24,184 bases of DNA from a virus (Duplodnaviria; Caudoviricetes): positions 1 through 24,184 of IMG/VR virus record IMGVR_UViG_3300020044_001866, one strand, 5' to 3'. The translations under genes and the position numbers were made by a program. A model generated the notes under the pieces. The model was given only the letters and a program-made list of their open reading frames with translations, was not told the origin of the DNA and made no database searches. Below are positions 8,691-18,529 of this stretch, one piece after another. The first letter of the stretch is position 1. Every line of letters begins with the position of its first letter.

Positions 8691-9692
8691 TTAACCATTA
8701 GCGACAATGCGATTTTCCCGCTGTGCGGAGAAGATATCGCGTTCAATACGGTCGCGCTCGGTCTCACGGCCTTTGTAAACGCCCTTGCGTACATCATCGA
8801 AGAACTTTGAAATCTCCGAAGGCGAGTACGTTTTGGGTCTGTCACCAACGGGTGCAGCCGCGTTGCGGCTACGTCCGGGGGCAACCTGTTTCTCTAGCTG
8901 AGACTTTGCAGCGTCCCGAGGTTCTTGAGCAATGCTGTGGCCTGTATTCCCCTGCCATGCAGAGAAGAACGCAGCAACACGACGAGCATCCAGACTACGC
9001 TGGGCATTCTCAAGGTGAGACTGGCGGGTAACACCCGTCAGCGGATCGACCTCAAGGAGCCAAGAGTGGAAGTCTTTGCTCTGGTTGATATCACGCCAAT
9101 TCGGAACAACCGCTGACAGATCAGCCCAGAATGCCTGCTCAACCGACTGAGCCTGTCGCTGTGCGACCTGCTCGACACGCGGAACAACGCTTACCTGAAG
9201 ATTACGCATGGTATTCTCCAGATCAGCGATCTTCTGCTGATAGTACGATGTCTCTTCCTTGGTCACGCGGCGCATGACTTCGATAGAGTCCCCATACTCC
9301 TCAATATCTTTATCGGTGATGAGCTTAGACTGGGCAGGCGCTGCCTGTGCAGATTGAGACGAAAGGGACGAAAGCAGCTTTTCAAGCTGTTCAACCCGTG
9401 CGGTGAGTTCCTGCTTTTCCCCCCGAAGTCGGGCGGTGTCGGCATTATACATACCCTGAAGGGTACGATAACGCTGTTCAGCAGTATCGTCTGCGGTGGT
9501 AGCCGGTCGTCCTTGCTCGTTAGACGCGGCTTCAGGTGCAGTCTTACTAGCACCGTTGGCTTCTTCAGATGTGGCTTCGGGCGCGCCCGCGCCTTCCTGC
9601 TGATCAGCAGGCGGCTGTTCGTCGGCGTGCATCTCGGCGTACAACTTGGTGATAGCCTCGGTCTGCTTACGTAGCTGCTCGGGTAGGGCCAT
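8691..9692 (-). CDS. Capsid scaffolding protein (333 aa)
   Basis: Acidic disordered N-terminus, RYRTLQGMYNA motif, coiled coils; directly upstream of the capsid gene; GAGGAG RBS. Confidence 0.8.
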   Translation of the reverse strand: MALPEQLRKQTEAITKLYAEMHADEQPPADQQEGAGAPEATSEEANGASKTAPEAASNEQGRPATTADDTAEQRYRTLQGMYNADTARLRGEKQELTARVEQLEKLLSSLSSQSAQAAPAQSKLITDKDIEEYGDSIEVMRRVTKEETSYYQQKIADLENTMRNLQVSVVPRVEQVAQRQAQSVEQAFWADLSAVVPNWRDINQSKDFHSWLLEVDPLTGVTRQSHLENAQRSLDARRVAAFFSAWQGNTGHSIAQEPRDAAKSQLEKQVAPGRSRNAAAPVGDRPKTYSPSEISKFFDDVRKGVYKGRETERDRIERDIFSAQRENRIVANG

Positions 9693-9731
9693 TACAAACG
9701 CTCCTCTCGGTATGCGTGCCAGTGTCTGCCG

Positions 9732-9959
9732 CTATCGGTTCTTCGATTGTGCGGTCAAATCACGAGAATTATTAACAAGTTTGCACAACTCTGTCAATAC
9801 TTGGCATCTGCCTTGGGCTGTAGCGACAACCGCAGCAGATACATTGGGTAATTGCTCAAGCTCATGCTGCCGCCACTCGTTCAGCCACTTCGCTACCTCT
9901 GGGTAGTGAGAAGCCATGCGGGCAAGCATCCCAACCAGTTCTGGTTGCGGACGTATCAT
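9732..9959 (-). CDS. Small portal-adjacent protein (75 aa)
   Basis: ATGA overlap with the portal stop; helical, with the AQGRCQVL motif typical of small genes between portal and scaffold. Confidence 0.75.
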   Translation of the reverse strand: MIRPQPELVGMLARMASHYPEVAKWLNEWRQHELEQLPNVSAAVVATAQGRCQVLTELCKLVNNSRDLTAQSKNR

Positions 9960-12013
9960 CGGCCAGTCTGCTGATTAGAAACGATATTCGTGCCGCCAGC
10001 GGGGGTACCGCCAACGTCCATATTCTGTGCGGCAGGGGCCTGCCCCGGAGGCTGAGCCTGCATAGACAGTGCAGCTTGCTGCTCCATGGCACGCTTCTTG
10101 GTAGCCAAGTTTTCACGCGAAGGAACGACTTCATCAACCGGCATCTGCAGTCCCTTGGCGATTTCGCGCAGAATGGCAGCGCGTCCATCCGGACCCATGA
10201 TACCCATATCAATCTCGTTGGCCGTGGCATTCAGGAACTCAACACGACGGACGTTCGTGGTTTCCTTAACGGCAAGATTGACAGCACCGCGCGGCACGAC
10301 CTGCGCGTCACCCTTGATGCTCTCGTCATCATCATAACGCATGTTGTAAACAAACTGCCGCTGGATGATCGGCTTCACAACATCGTGGTCAATATGCATG
10401 ACGACCTGTCGGATACCCTTACCGGCGGAGCCCATCAGCATGGACAGACCAGACGCGGTGCGACCAGCGCCCTGCACATCGGTGTCTCCGTAGATATACG
10501 AAGGAATACCAGAGTGGTCATCAGCCAAGCGGCTGAACCGCTCATAGACAGCCATCAGGGTAGACGAGTTGTCGTTCGGCTGGTTGAACCGGACAGCGGG
10601 TGCGGAAGAACCCAGCGGGTCATTGAGAACCTGCCAGATTTTCCACGGGTGCATCTGAGTGATGTCCTCGTTCGGCGGGATACGCTCAAGGTTCACTTCG
10701 ACCTGCGGGCCGGATGCGATGCCCATGTTGTTAACCAGTGCGCGGGCAGCCGCGTTGCAGATGTTCTGGAGGTCTTCGATGATCTCAGGGATAGCACGAC
10801 CCCAGAACGACCCCGGCGTCTTGATGAACGAAGTCTTGGCGTAAGGCTTCTCGCCCAGCGGGTCGTAGTTCAGCACCGCCTTGATCACCAGAGTGCCGAC
10901 CATCCAGACGTTCGCGTCGTATTCCTTGGCTTCGTCAGGCACCTCGGCTTCCGTCATGCCCCATTCACGGAGCATCTTACCGGACACCTTGCCCCAGAAC
11001 TCCAGCGCGTCGAACACATCGGTCGGGCGCATTTCGGTGTAGAACTTGCGTTCCTCTTCCTCACGAGCGTACTCGGTCGGCTCAAAAACAAACGCAGCCT
11101 CAGGCCCATTATTCAGTGCCTGACGGATAGCTTGGTCGTCATAGCCCGGAATGCCAATCAGATCAGCCAGAGCCTGTCGGGGAAGCTCGTGGTGCTCGAA
11201 CAGATAACCGTCGTTGATCCGGGTAATGCCCGGTTCGATATAGATATTGAACGGGCTGACACGCTCAAACTCGGGAGCGATACGCTCGCCCTGTTCCACG
11301 GCGGTGCGCCCGTTAGGATCAGATACCCACTTCAGAAAACGCTGGCGGCGGACAATCGGGCCCTTGAGGAAGGCGCAGGGGAACGTCACTAGATCAGTCA
11401 GGAACTCGTTAAACGCATCTGCCCAGCCGCCCTGTGCAAGTTGGTCCTCGATGCGGATTTTCATCTTGTCAGCGCGGTTCTGCGCCGCCTGCAGGACCTT
11501 GAAGCGGAACTGCTGGGCGACGACTTCCTTCAATTCCAACATGTCGTTGCGGGTGGGGGCCTGACCCGTCTGCTGAATGGTGACCATTACCTGTTCGGCA
11601 AACGCCTGCTTTAGTTCGTCCATCTGGACGGGCGACAGGTCGGGCTCGGGCGTCGGCTGCATATCCCACGGGGGCGTACCATTATCCATCAGGATATCAC
11701 GCAGCCAGCTTTCGGCGGCGCGGCACTTGATTTCGGTGAGCATCATATAAACTTCTGAGCCACCTTGTGCGCGGATAGCATTCAGCTTCACGGGTTCATA
11801 TTCGCCGTTTCGCTGGCGCAAGGCCTTGAGCATGATGTCGTTGATGGGGTCTTTTGCCATGCGGGCGGCGTCCCAGCAGGTACGCAGATGAGCCGCCAAA
11901 CCCAGAATAATCGGGTTCTGCTGACGCGCTTCCATCTCAGCCTGAAGCTGAGCGCGCTCCTGCTTGGCAAGTTCGTCGCCACTCACAACGCGGAGAAGTG
12001 TAAGACCGGCCAT
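9956..12013 (-). CDS. Portal protein (685 aa)
   Basis: Size and position; LKGP, ALEFWG, PGSFWG..IPE, NAAARALVNN..IASGPQV and GAGRTASGLSML motifs of P22-like portals. Confidence 0.9.
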   Translation of the reverse strand: MAGLTLLRVVSGDELAKQERAQLQAEMEARQQNPIILGLAAHLRTCWDAARMAKDPINDIMLKALRQRNGEYEPVKLNAIRAQGGSEVYMMLTEIKCRAAESWLRDILMDNGTPPWDMQPTPEPDLSPVQMDELKQAFAEQVMVTIQQTGQAPTRNDMLELKEVVAQQFRFKVLQAAQNRADKMKIRIEDQLAQGGWADAFNEFLTDLVTFPCAFLKGPIVRRQRFLKWVSDPNGRTAVEQGERIAPEFERVSPFNIYIEPGITRINDGYLFEHHELPRQALADLIGIPGYDDQAIRQALNNGPEAAFVFEPTEYAREEEERKFYTEMRPTDVFDALEFWGKVSGKMLREWGMTEAEVPDEAKEYDANVWMVGTLVIKAVLNYDPLGEKPYAKTSFIKTPGSFWGRAIPEIIEDLQNICNAAARALVNNMGIASGPQVEVNLERIPPNEDITQMHPWKIWQVLNDPLGSSAPAVRFNQPNDNSSTLMAVYERFSRLADDHSGIPSYIYGDTDVQGAGRTASGLSMLMGSAGKGIRQVVMHIDHDVVKPIIQRQFVYNMRYDDDESIKGDAQVVPRGAVNLAVKETTNVRRVEFLNATANEIDMGIMGPDGRAAILREIAKGLQMPVDEVVPSRENLATKKRAMEQQAALSMQAQPPGQAPAAQNMDVGGTPAGGTNIVSNQQTGR

Positions 12014-12259
12014 TTATTTGTACCTGCATTTCTTGCGGAAGTTATCCCATTCGCCACCGCGCCTGTGACACTCCTGCATTCTCTGTTCATCTTCTGGCGA
12101 CATACGCCTAGTAACATATTTTAGTATATGTGGCCATAATACCGTTAAAGACCGAGAGCCAAATTCGATCCAAAAGGCAGGGCGCTGTGCGACCATATAC
12201 ACCCCGGCTCCAAGGCCGAGGAGTATAATAACGGTCGCTACAGCTTCCTGCCATGTCAT
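12014..12259 (-). CDS. Membrane protein of the lysis cassette (81 aa)
   Basis: ATG at 12259 overlaps the upstream TGA (TGATG); N-terminal hydrophobic segment; basic C-terminus with two Cys. Confidence 0.7.
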   Translation of the reverse strand: MTWQEAVATVIILLGLGAGVYMVAQRPAFWIEFGSRSLTVLWPHILKYVTRRMSPEDEQRMQECHRRGGEWDNFRKKCRYK

Positions 12260-12432
12260 CAAGCAGGTTTCTTATTCGGCACCGCCCAGACCAGCACGGG
12301 GGTAAGCAGACCGATGATGGTGGCCACCGTATCGTGGCTCAGCCACGCAAGGTTAATACCGGAGTAGGTCTGCACGATAAACAGGATGCCCATGATGGCG
12401 GCGATCAGCGCCTTGTCGATTGACGTAAACAT
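12259..12432 (-). CDS. Putative holin, two transmembrane segments (57 aa; not in ORF track)
   Basis: Manual translation MFTSIDKALIAAIMGILFIVQTYSGINLAWLSHDTVATIIGLLTPVLVWAVPNKKPA; GAAAGGA RBS; directly after the endolysin. Confidence 0.75.
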   Translation of the reverse strand: MFTSIDKALIAAIMGILFIVQTYSGINLAWLSHDTVATIIGLLTPVLVWAVPNKKPA

Positions 12433-12447
12433 AAGGTTGTCCTTTCT

Positions 12448-12882
12448 TTACACTGGGAACCCATTCTTCTTGGCCCAGACTTTGGCCGCGAAGGACGGGC
12501 AGGCTTTCTGAACACCCGGAAAATCACGGTGCCCAAGAACTTTGGCAGTAGGGTACATTTTTGTGAGTTTGGCAACAAGCGATTGTAAAGACTTCCACTG
12601 TGCTGGCGTGAAGTTGTCTGCTGGCTTCCACGTCTTGTCATCAATGCCGCCGACCATACAGATGCCGACGCTATCAGCGTTATGGCCCTGAACATGAGAG
12701 CCAATATCGCCAACGGGACGACCTGTCTCAATCATGCCATCGCGGCGGATCACGTAGTGATAGCCGATGTCCTTCCAGCCCTTGTCGAGATGCCAGCGGC
12801 GAATGTCAGCCGCCGTGAAGTTCTGCGACCCGCGCGTTGCGCTGCAGTGGATGACGATCCAGTTGGTCTTACTTCTGGCCAT
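12448..12882 (-). CDS. Endolysin, N-acetylmuramoyl-L-alanine amidase (T7 lysozyme-like, Amidase_2; 144 aa)
   Basis: IVIHCSAT, GWKDIGYHYVI, GHRD and KACPSF: His/His/Cys zinc ligands and catalytic Tyr of T7-type amidases. Confidence 0.93.
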   Translation of the reverse strand: MARSKTNWIVIHCSATRGSQNFTAADIRRWHLDKGWKDIGYHYVIRRDGMIETGRPVGDIGSHVQGHNADSVGICMVGGIDDKTWKPADNFTPAQWKSLQSLVAKLTKMYPTAKVLGHRDFPGVQKACPSFAAKVWAKKNGFPV

Positions 12883-13138
12883 TGGCTGTTGCGCTCTCTA
12901 GCTTAGCTTCAATCCGCTTCAAGGAGTCGGTTATGTAGTTAAGCTGTTGTTCTACTGCGATAATTCGGCCTTCCTGTGACTTGCTGTCCTCGTTCAGCCG
13001 CTCAAGGGTGCTGATCCTGAAATCGACTTCAGTCTTCCATGCCGTACCGACATAGATAATCCCGAGTGTCTGCAGCACCAAAGCTACGATGATGGTGACG
13101 GGTACTTTCTTATCAAGGTGCCATGCTTCAGCCGTCAC
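12869..13138 (-). CDS. Single-TM plus coiled-coil lysis-associated protein (89 aa)
   Basis: WHLDKKVP start, one hydrophobic helix, coiled coil ending SLKRIEAKLE; overlaps the endolysin start; GAGG RBS, GTG start. Confidence 0.7.
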   Translation of the reverse strand: MTAEAWHLDKKVPVTIIVALVLQTLGIIYVGTAWKTEVDFRISTLERLNEDSKSQEGRIIAVEQQLNYITDSLKRIEAKLESATANGQK

Positions 13139-13153
13139 GATCCTAACCTCTAT

Positions 13154-13567
13154 TTAGACACCAAGATTACCAGCAGCTACAAACGTATTCGCCACGGGGC
13201 AGATCAGCGAAATAACCGCATACTGACCCATCGTACTGAACAGACTGGAATATGATACCAAGGTCTGGCTGTTCGCTGCAACAGTAACTTTACCTGCGCC
13301 GCCCTGAAGAATGGTGCAGTTAAACCCGGCCCCGAGCCCTGCCGCACAGTTGATGGTTACAGCAGAACCACTGGTGCAGTAGATGATCTTGCCGTTGTCA
13401 GTAGCCGACAGAGTACGGGTCGTACCGCTTTCAGTCACGATGACACCGGTCAGCAACTGCTGAACCGTTACCTTCTTCGTGGTGCTGCTCTGAACAGCAG
13501 GAAGCTCTTCCGTAAGCGCCAGCGGCGTTGTTACAGCAGTCAACTGAGAGATTTTTTTATCAGGCAT
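13154..13567 (-). CDS. Short fibre/spike protein (137 aa)
   Basis: N-terminal MPDKKISQL...TKKVTV module; C-terminal TLSATDNGK...QGGAGKVTV...GQYAVISL fibre-tip-like domain. Confidence 0.65.
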   Translation of the reverse strand: MPDKKISQLTAVTTPLALTEELPAVQSSTTKKVTVQQLLTGVIVTESGTTRTLSATDNGKIIYCTSGSAVTINCAAGLGAGFNCTILQGGAGKVTVAANSQTLVSYSSLFSTMGQYAVISLICPVANTFVAAGNLGV

Positions 13568-13623
13568 TTACTTGTCCTCTAAATTGGCCTGTGCAGCACG
13601 ATTTGTTACGGTAGTCAAAAGGG

Positions 13624-15033
13624 TTAGATTTGCGACCAGTTACCCGTGCTGGAATTGTAGGAGAACGTGTACGCGCGGTTCGTAACCAAGGCGAGGTTGA
13701 CGCCGCCGGTCAGCAAAAACTGCCCGGTTCCGCCGCCGCCAAGATGCGCCAGTGTGGTGTTGGCGTCGCCAGCCGTAATGGTAAGTTTAGTTCCGAGTAT
13801 TCGCGGGACGTTGGCCGTCCGGTTGATAGTGGTAGGCGCGGCGTTCAACACAAAAATTGAGTTATACAGACCACCTTGCGCCACAAGAATATTGTTGTCC
13901 AAGGTAGACGTTGTAGCCGAGCGGGTAACACTTAAAATGCTTTCATTGCTGGTAGTTTGAAACCAATCAGTCAACGGCGTAGCGTCTGCTACAACAGCAC
14001 TATTTAACCTCACGTAAGGGATCGAATTGCCAAAGGACGTACGAGACTGATTTATAACTGCGCCGACATTTGTTGTTCCGCTTAGGTTTACAACTGCAGT
14101 AGAACCAGCATTAAGACCAAAGTTACAGCTCATAATCTGAGTGGCAAATGTATTTTTTAGGTCTACGCCAATTGTTGCAGAACCTCCTGATGGATAACCA
14201 CGGCAATTTGTAATAAAAAGAGATACAACGCCGAGGCTTGCTGTTCCTGTCCATCCATAGCCTGCACGAACGTAACAAGTCGACGGATTTTCTATGTTAA
14301 TACCGTCAAGTTTAATGTCCAAACACGCATAGGTACTTCCGGCTGCTTCACCAATGCGGATTGGTATGCCTGTGCTTTCAATTGCGCCGCCAAGGACAGT
14401 CCCAGTGGGGCAGCGGTCTATATCCAAGCCTGATACAGCACCAACACCGCCAGAAGCGATATAGTTTTCTTTGAATGAAAATGCTGTAGCATAGTCCAGC
14501 CACACTTGGGCAGTGCCGCTTGACCCGTTATTCTTAAACAAACATCCGCTTACGACTGGTTGGTTAGAATTAGCAATCACCAAACCATATTCGGTCGCAC
14601 CATTAAACTGGCAGTCTCTGATATTGGGCGCGTGAGCGTAATTAATAGATATGCCACGTTTAGCGCCCGATACACAATTAATCTGAAGTTCAGCAATCGT
14701 ACCCCAATATTGGTAGACCCCTATTCCTGACGAAAAGGTAAGACCTGTCGTAACAGAGGCACCTGAAAACTGCAGTATTGATCCGTTATGCTTCCCTTCA
14801 CCTACGATAGAAAACCCATATTGGGAATTTGCTGGTGTAGGAACCGTGATATTTGACGTTAGCAGATATGTACCAGCAGGAATAAACAAAGTCTTTCTTT
14901 GTGCTACCGCAGCAGCAATAGCCGCGTTCATCGCAGATGTGTCGTTATCTGCGCCGTTTCCCTTCGCGCCGTAATCCAAAATATTAAGGTAAGCGCCGGA
15001 AATCATAGAGTAGGTAGCTTTGGTCAAGCCCAT
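13624..15033 (-). CDS. Tailspike / putative polysaccharide depolymerase, right-handed beta-helix (469 aa)
   Basis: Pectate_lyase_3-type start NILDYGAKGNG..DTSAMNAAI...LFIPAGTY; Asn/Gly beta-helix rungs. Confidence 0.8.
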   Translation of the reverse strand: MGLTKATYSMISGAYLNILDYGAKGNGADNDTSAMNAAIAAAVAQRKTLFIPAGTYLLTSNITVPTPANSQYGFSIVGEGKHNGSILQFSGASVTTGLTFSSGIGVYQYWGTIAELQINCVSGAKRGISINYAHAPNIRDCQFNGATEYGLVIANSNQPVVSGCLFKNNGSSGTAQVWLDYATAFSFKENYIASGGVGAVSGLDIDRCPTGTVLGGAIESTGIPIRIGEAAGSTYACLDIKLDGINIENPSTCYVRAGYGWTGTASLGVVSLFITNCRGYPSGGSATIGVDLKNTFATQIMSCNFGLNAGSTAVVNLSGTTNVGAVINQSRTSFGNSIPYVRLNSAVVADATPLTDWFQTTSNESILSVTRSATTSTLDNNILVAQGGLYNSIFVLNAAPTTINRTANVPRILGTKLTITAGDANTTLAHLGGGGTGQFLLTGGVNLALVTNRAYTFSYNSSTGNWSQI

Positions 15034-15040
15034 GTTAACC

Positions 15041-16291
15041 TCACTTTGAGAACGCTTGAACTTCAGCGTTCAAAAGACGCTGCGGCCAATATTGAATTTT
15101 ACGTGCGTGGCCATTCATGTACGGGCCACTTAACCTATTACCAATTCCCATCTGTGACACTGTAGGGATAGTACCAGTGCTATCTGTACCGGGTGTGCCT
15201 CCGTTCAAGGCGGCAACAAAGCTATTAGCTTTATATGCTCCGACCATCTTAAACACAGTGTTTAATGTAAGAGCTCCGGTATCTATAGAGCATTGCGTAC
15301 CGCTGTTACTTACCTGAAGAGCAGGCGCGGCAGCCGTAAACATAATTAAATCAATACTAACAGCGTTAGATACGCCGTTAGACATTTGGGTGAAGTTTAC
15401 AGTTGTAGAACCTTGATCTACAAAAATAGACCCTTCAAACGAAATCGTACCTTCGCTGGCGTTATACCAATCGCTGAAGTTGGTACCCGTCATATTCACA
15501 TCATCGGCGTTTCTTGTCAGGCTTGTGGTCGTCGTCGGAATGTAACTGGTGGCAAATGCACCTGCTTCAAGCTGGGCACCCCACATGAATACGCCAGACG
15601 TTCCATCTCCTTGATACGAGACGGAACCCGCAGCATTTGCTAAAAACAAGACGAGCAAGGGCGCAAAGGCCGAGACCGTTGTATAAGTCATGCTACAACG
15701 ATACCAATTATTTCCAGCAGGCGTTACTACACCAGTTGCACCACCAACAACTGTAGTAGCAGTCAAAGCCGTTAAGTCAAACAAAACGGCATAAGAGGTA
15801 GATGCTGACTGTTGAAGTCTGAACTTAGTACGTCCGGATGCTTTAACATACATTGAATATGTATAAGTACCAATAGGCTGACTAGTGCCTACAGCTTGGT
15901 AGATATCGTGAGCTGACGTTGCTAAGTTCTCAACCAGTTTATCGGCTGATGTTGTTCCATCTGGCGCTGTTTCCGTTGATACGTTTGGACTAACCGTAGC
16001 TGCGTCTAAAAACCAAACACCAGCATTATCAAATTCAGCCGACCGGATAAGCAAATTTGCCCGCGTTAACTCAATCAGCAAGCCTTTTGGTGCAAGAGTT
16101 ATAGGATCGTAGTCAAATCTAGGAAGGTTAGCGTTAACCGTTTCAATATATCCGCTGCTATTAACACGAGTAGCTGTGTTGAGCGCACGGGTTATAGTTA
16201 CACGGCTGTCTAAAGATGCAGTTGTAAAGTCCAACGCTAAACGCGGAAGAACTCGTTCAGTTGCAGTTGGGCTGTATGCGGGAGTTATCAT
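15041..16291 (-). CDS. Spike/fibre protein with carbohydrate-binding-like and LamG-like domains (416 aa)
   Basis: ATRVNSSG...PRFDYDP...GLLIE..RANL and WGAQLEAGAFATSYIPT...TRNAD motifs recurrent in phage head-spike/fibre proteins. Confidence 0.7.
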   Translation of the reverse strand: MITPAYSPTATERVLPRLALDFTTASLDSRVTITRALNTATRVNSSGYIETVNANLPRFDYDPITLAPKGLLIELTRANLLIRSAEFDNAGVWFLDAATVSPNVSTETAPDGTTSADKLVENLATSAHDIYQAVGTSQPIGTYTYSMYVKASGRTKFRLQQSASTSYAVLFDLTALTATTVVGGATGVVTPAGNNWYRCSMTYTTVSAFAPLLVLFLANAAGSVSYQGDGTSGVFMWGAQLEAGAFATSYIPTTTTSLTRNADDVNMTGTNFSDWYNASEGTISFEGSIFVDQGSTTVNFTQMSNGVSNAVSIDLIMFTAAAPALQVSNSGTQCSIDTGALTLNTVFKMVGAYKANSFVAALNGGTPGTDSTGTIPTVSQMGIGNRLSGPYMNGHARKIQYWPQRLLNAEVQAFSK

Positions 16292-16303
16292 TGACCAGCC
16301 TCC

Positions 16304-18529
16304 TTAGCCGATGAGTTTCCAATCGGCAGTCGTAAGCCCAGTTGATTTATACCAGTTATTGGCGGCAGTATCTAAATACTCTTGGCCAACAAAGAATGGT
16401 GTTACTACACCGATAGGTGATACAGCAGCCTGTCGAAAACCCTGAAAAGCAGCAGGGACAAGCTGATGCGCTTCAGTAGCAACTGTAACGGTTCCGCTTA
16501 CTGTCGAAGTAGCATTGCTATCCAATGTGATTGTGCTGTAATCTGCCGCGCGTGAGACTACGCGCCTTTGTTCTGTAGCAGACGCATAACCAGCAGAAAC
16601 AGTCACCCAATCACCAACTTCGGTTGGAAAGAAGCCGCTAGCGCGTGTAAGCGTTGCGCTACCACTAACTGTAGAACATGCTGCGTAACTGTTACCAGTA
16701 TCCTTGCTATGACGCTGCGACCACCACAGTGCTATATCACCCGTTTGCGATACGGTATGGACAACAATTTCACCGGGAGTAAGTCTAGCCCCGTTGAATG
16801 TCCAGCCGCTTGTAGCACTGGTTCTTAGCATTGGAATAGCGTTTGAGAAGTTTCCCCATTTGTCACGGTGGACCAACTTGTTTGCCCACCAGTTATCTGT
16901 AAAAAGCTTACGGTTTGTTACCGTATCGCGAGCGCGGCTGAACAATTCAAGATCATCACCAGCAAGTGAACAATCAGAATAGAAACCGTCGCCGGGGAAC
17001 ACTAGATCAGGTGCGAAAAGTCCGGTGATAGTAATCTGTGTTGCTGGATCAATATCACTAGCACTCTCTGCAAATCGTGCAACGCTCTGGGTACTCAATC
17101 CGGCAATGACAACAGACCTAGTTCCACTGGTTGTAGAAAGAATAGAACGGGTATTGGCAAGATAACCAGACAAAGTACATTGCCGAACATCACCTAGATC
17201 AAGTAGCTTGGTGTTTGCCGGAATGCCTCCCGAATAGCCCATCCCCGGACGAAGATTGATTGTAAGATCAGATTGGTAGAAAGCACCAACCGTTCCTGTT
17301 CTACCCCAACGGAATGCATATCCTGCATCTGTACGAGGGACATTCTCCATATAAATGTCAAACTCGACGCTATTTGCTTTTTCGGCAATTGCTACGCTAT
17401 CGACACTTTCGACGGTGCCAACAATCCTGATACCAAACAGAGCGAAATCGTACATTAGATAGGCAATTGGACCATAGGAAATATAAGCATCAATAACAGT
17501 AGTCGTAGATACGCCACTTCCCGTTCCCAAGAGATTGCTACACTCAACACCGCATACAGAGAAGCCCTGAACACCGCCACTAAGTCTGCAGTCAATCCAT
17601 GTTTCTATACGGACCCAACGACTAATTCCGCCATAAGCAAAGAAGTCAATATCACCATTATAGAGATAGGGTAGGTCTAGACAGTAAACTGTGTTTGTTC
17701 CATTACCGTTGACGCAAAATCCCTTAATTGTTGCGCCCTTAAAAACATAGCTAGACGGAGCAGTTTTCCATGCAAATAGGCGACTTGGCGTTGTCGGTCT
17801 AAACTTAATTTTGCAACGGCTGTTTGAATACTGTGCTACCCCACCTGAACCTTGCAAATTAGCCCCGTAAGGAAGTTGCAATCCAGTGGTAATTAAGTAT
17901 TCGCCATCAGGGATATACAGTGGAACTTCGGCATCAAGTGCTGCCTGAAAAGCATCTGTATCATCATCAGTACCATTGCCAATCGCGCCAAAATCTTTGA
18001 CGGAGACAGTTTCACGAAGCTTAGCCTGAACTGTGCGTATTGCAGCGCCTGTACCAGACTGAAAGAAGCCTACCAAATTCGATCCGGCGGGGGCGTACAA
18101 AGCTAAGTCAGCCGCCTCAAGTGCATCCGTACGTGCATCAAGCGCATCAACACGCCCGTTAATTGCAACGTCTTCGGCTTCCAAAGCATCGAGTTCGGTG
18201 GTGATATCAACCACGACTTGGGCTGCGCCATCATCGACAGCATCATAGATCGACTGCGCCGTGACCCGCATGTCGATGCGGGCTCCGGACGGGAATGCTT
18301 GTGCTGCCGTGCCCTCCTGCGCGCGTGCGATGCTGAGCACGTTCCCAACGCGAGAAGCTACTTTGACAATCTCCAGCGCGCCAGTGGGTGCTACCAGAGT
18401 AGCGTAAAAATATTGCCCAGAAGTCGGAGTCGGAAAACGGTTACCGTCCGTCACCGTCAGCGAAACACTGCTGGCCGTGATATCGGCTGCTAGGGTGGTG
18501 GAAACGTTGTTGGTAAGAATTACGGTCAT
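16304..18529 (-). CDS. Tailspike with N-terminal virion-attachment domain and beta-helix (741 aa)
   Basis: N-terminal domain shared with 20506-21201; coiled-coil neck; RTVQAKLRETVSVKDFGAIGNG.DDDT.AFQAA pectate_lyase_3 motif. Confidence 0.82.
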   Translation of the reverse strand: MTVILTNNVSTTLAADITASSVSLTVTDGNRFPTPTSGQYFYATLVAPTGALEIVKVASRVGNVLSIARAQEGTAAQAFPSGARIDMRVTAQSIYDAVDDGAAQVVVDITTELDALEAEDVAINGRVDALDARTDALEAADLALYAPAGSNLVGFFQSGTGAAIRTVQAKLRETVSVKDFGAIGNGTDDDTDAFQAALDAEVPLYIPDGEYLITTGLQLPYGANLQGSGGVAQYSNSRCKIKFRPTTPSRLFAWKTAPSSYVFKGATIKGFCVNGNGTNTVYCLDLPYLYNGDIDFFAYGGISRWVRIETWIDCRLSGGVQGFSVCGVECSNLLGTGSGVSTTTVIDAYISYGPIAYLMYDFALFGIRIVGTVESVDSVAIAEKANSVEFDIYMENVPRTDAGYAFRWGRTGTVGAFYQSDLTINLRPGMGYSGGIPANTKLLDLGDVRQCTLSGYLANTRSILSTTSGTRSVVIAGLSTQSVARFAESASDIDPATQITITGLFAPDLVFPGDGFYSDCSLAGDDLELFSRARDTVTNRKLFTDNWWANKLVHRDKWGNFSNAIPMLRTSATSGWTFNGARLTPGEIVVHTVSQTGDIALWWSQRHSKDTGNSYAACSTVSGSATLTRASGFFPTEVGDWVTVSAGYASATEQRRVVSRAADYSTITLDSNATSTVSGTVTVATEAHQLVPAAFQGFRQAAVSPIGVVTPFFVGQEYLDTAANNWYKSTGLTTADWKLIG

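Noticed and set aside
7673-8701. 342 aa plus-strand ORF
   Set aside because: Antisense shadow of the major capsid gene
9724-9758. GCGGCAGAC 9-mer shared with 21711-21719 and a TTGACC-N18-TAGCGG promoter candidate upstream of the scaffold gene
   Set aside because: A 9-mer match among the intergenic sequences is plausible by chance, its spacing to the -35 differs between sites, and the -10 is poor
10076-11392. 438 aa plus-strand ORF
   Set aside because: Antisense shadow of the portal gene caused by codon bias; no recognisable protein features
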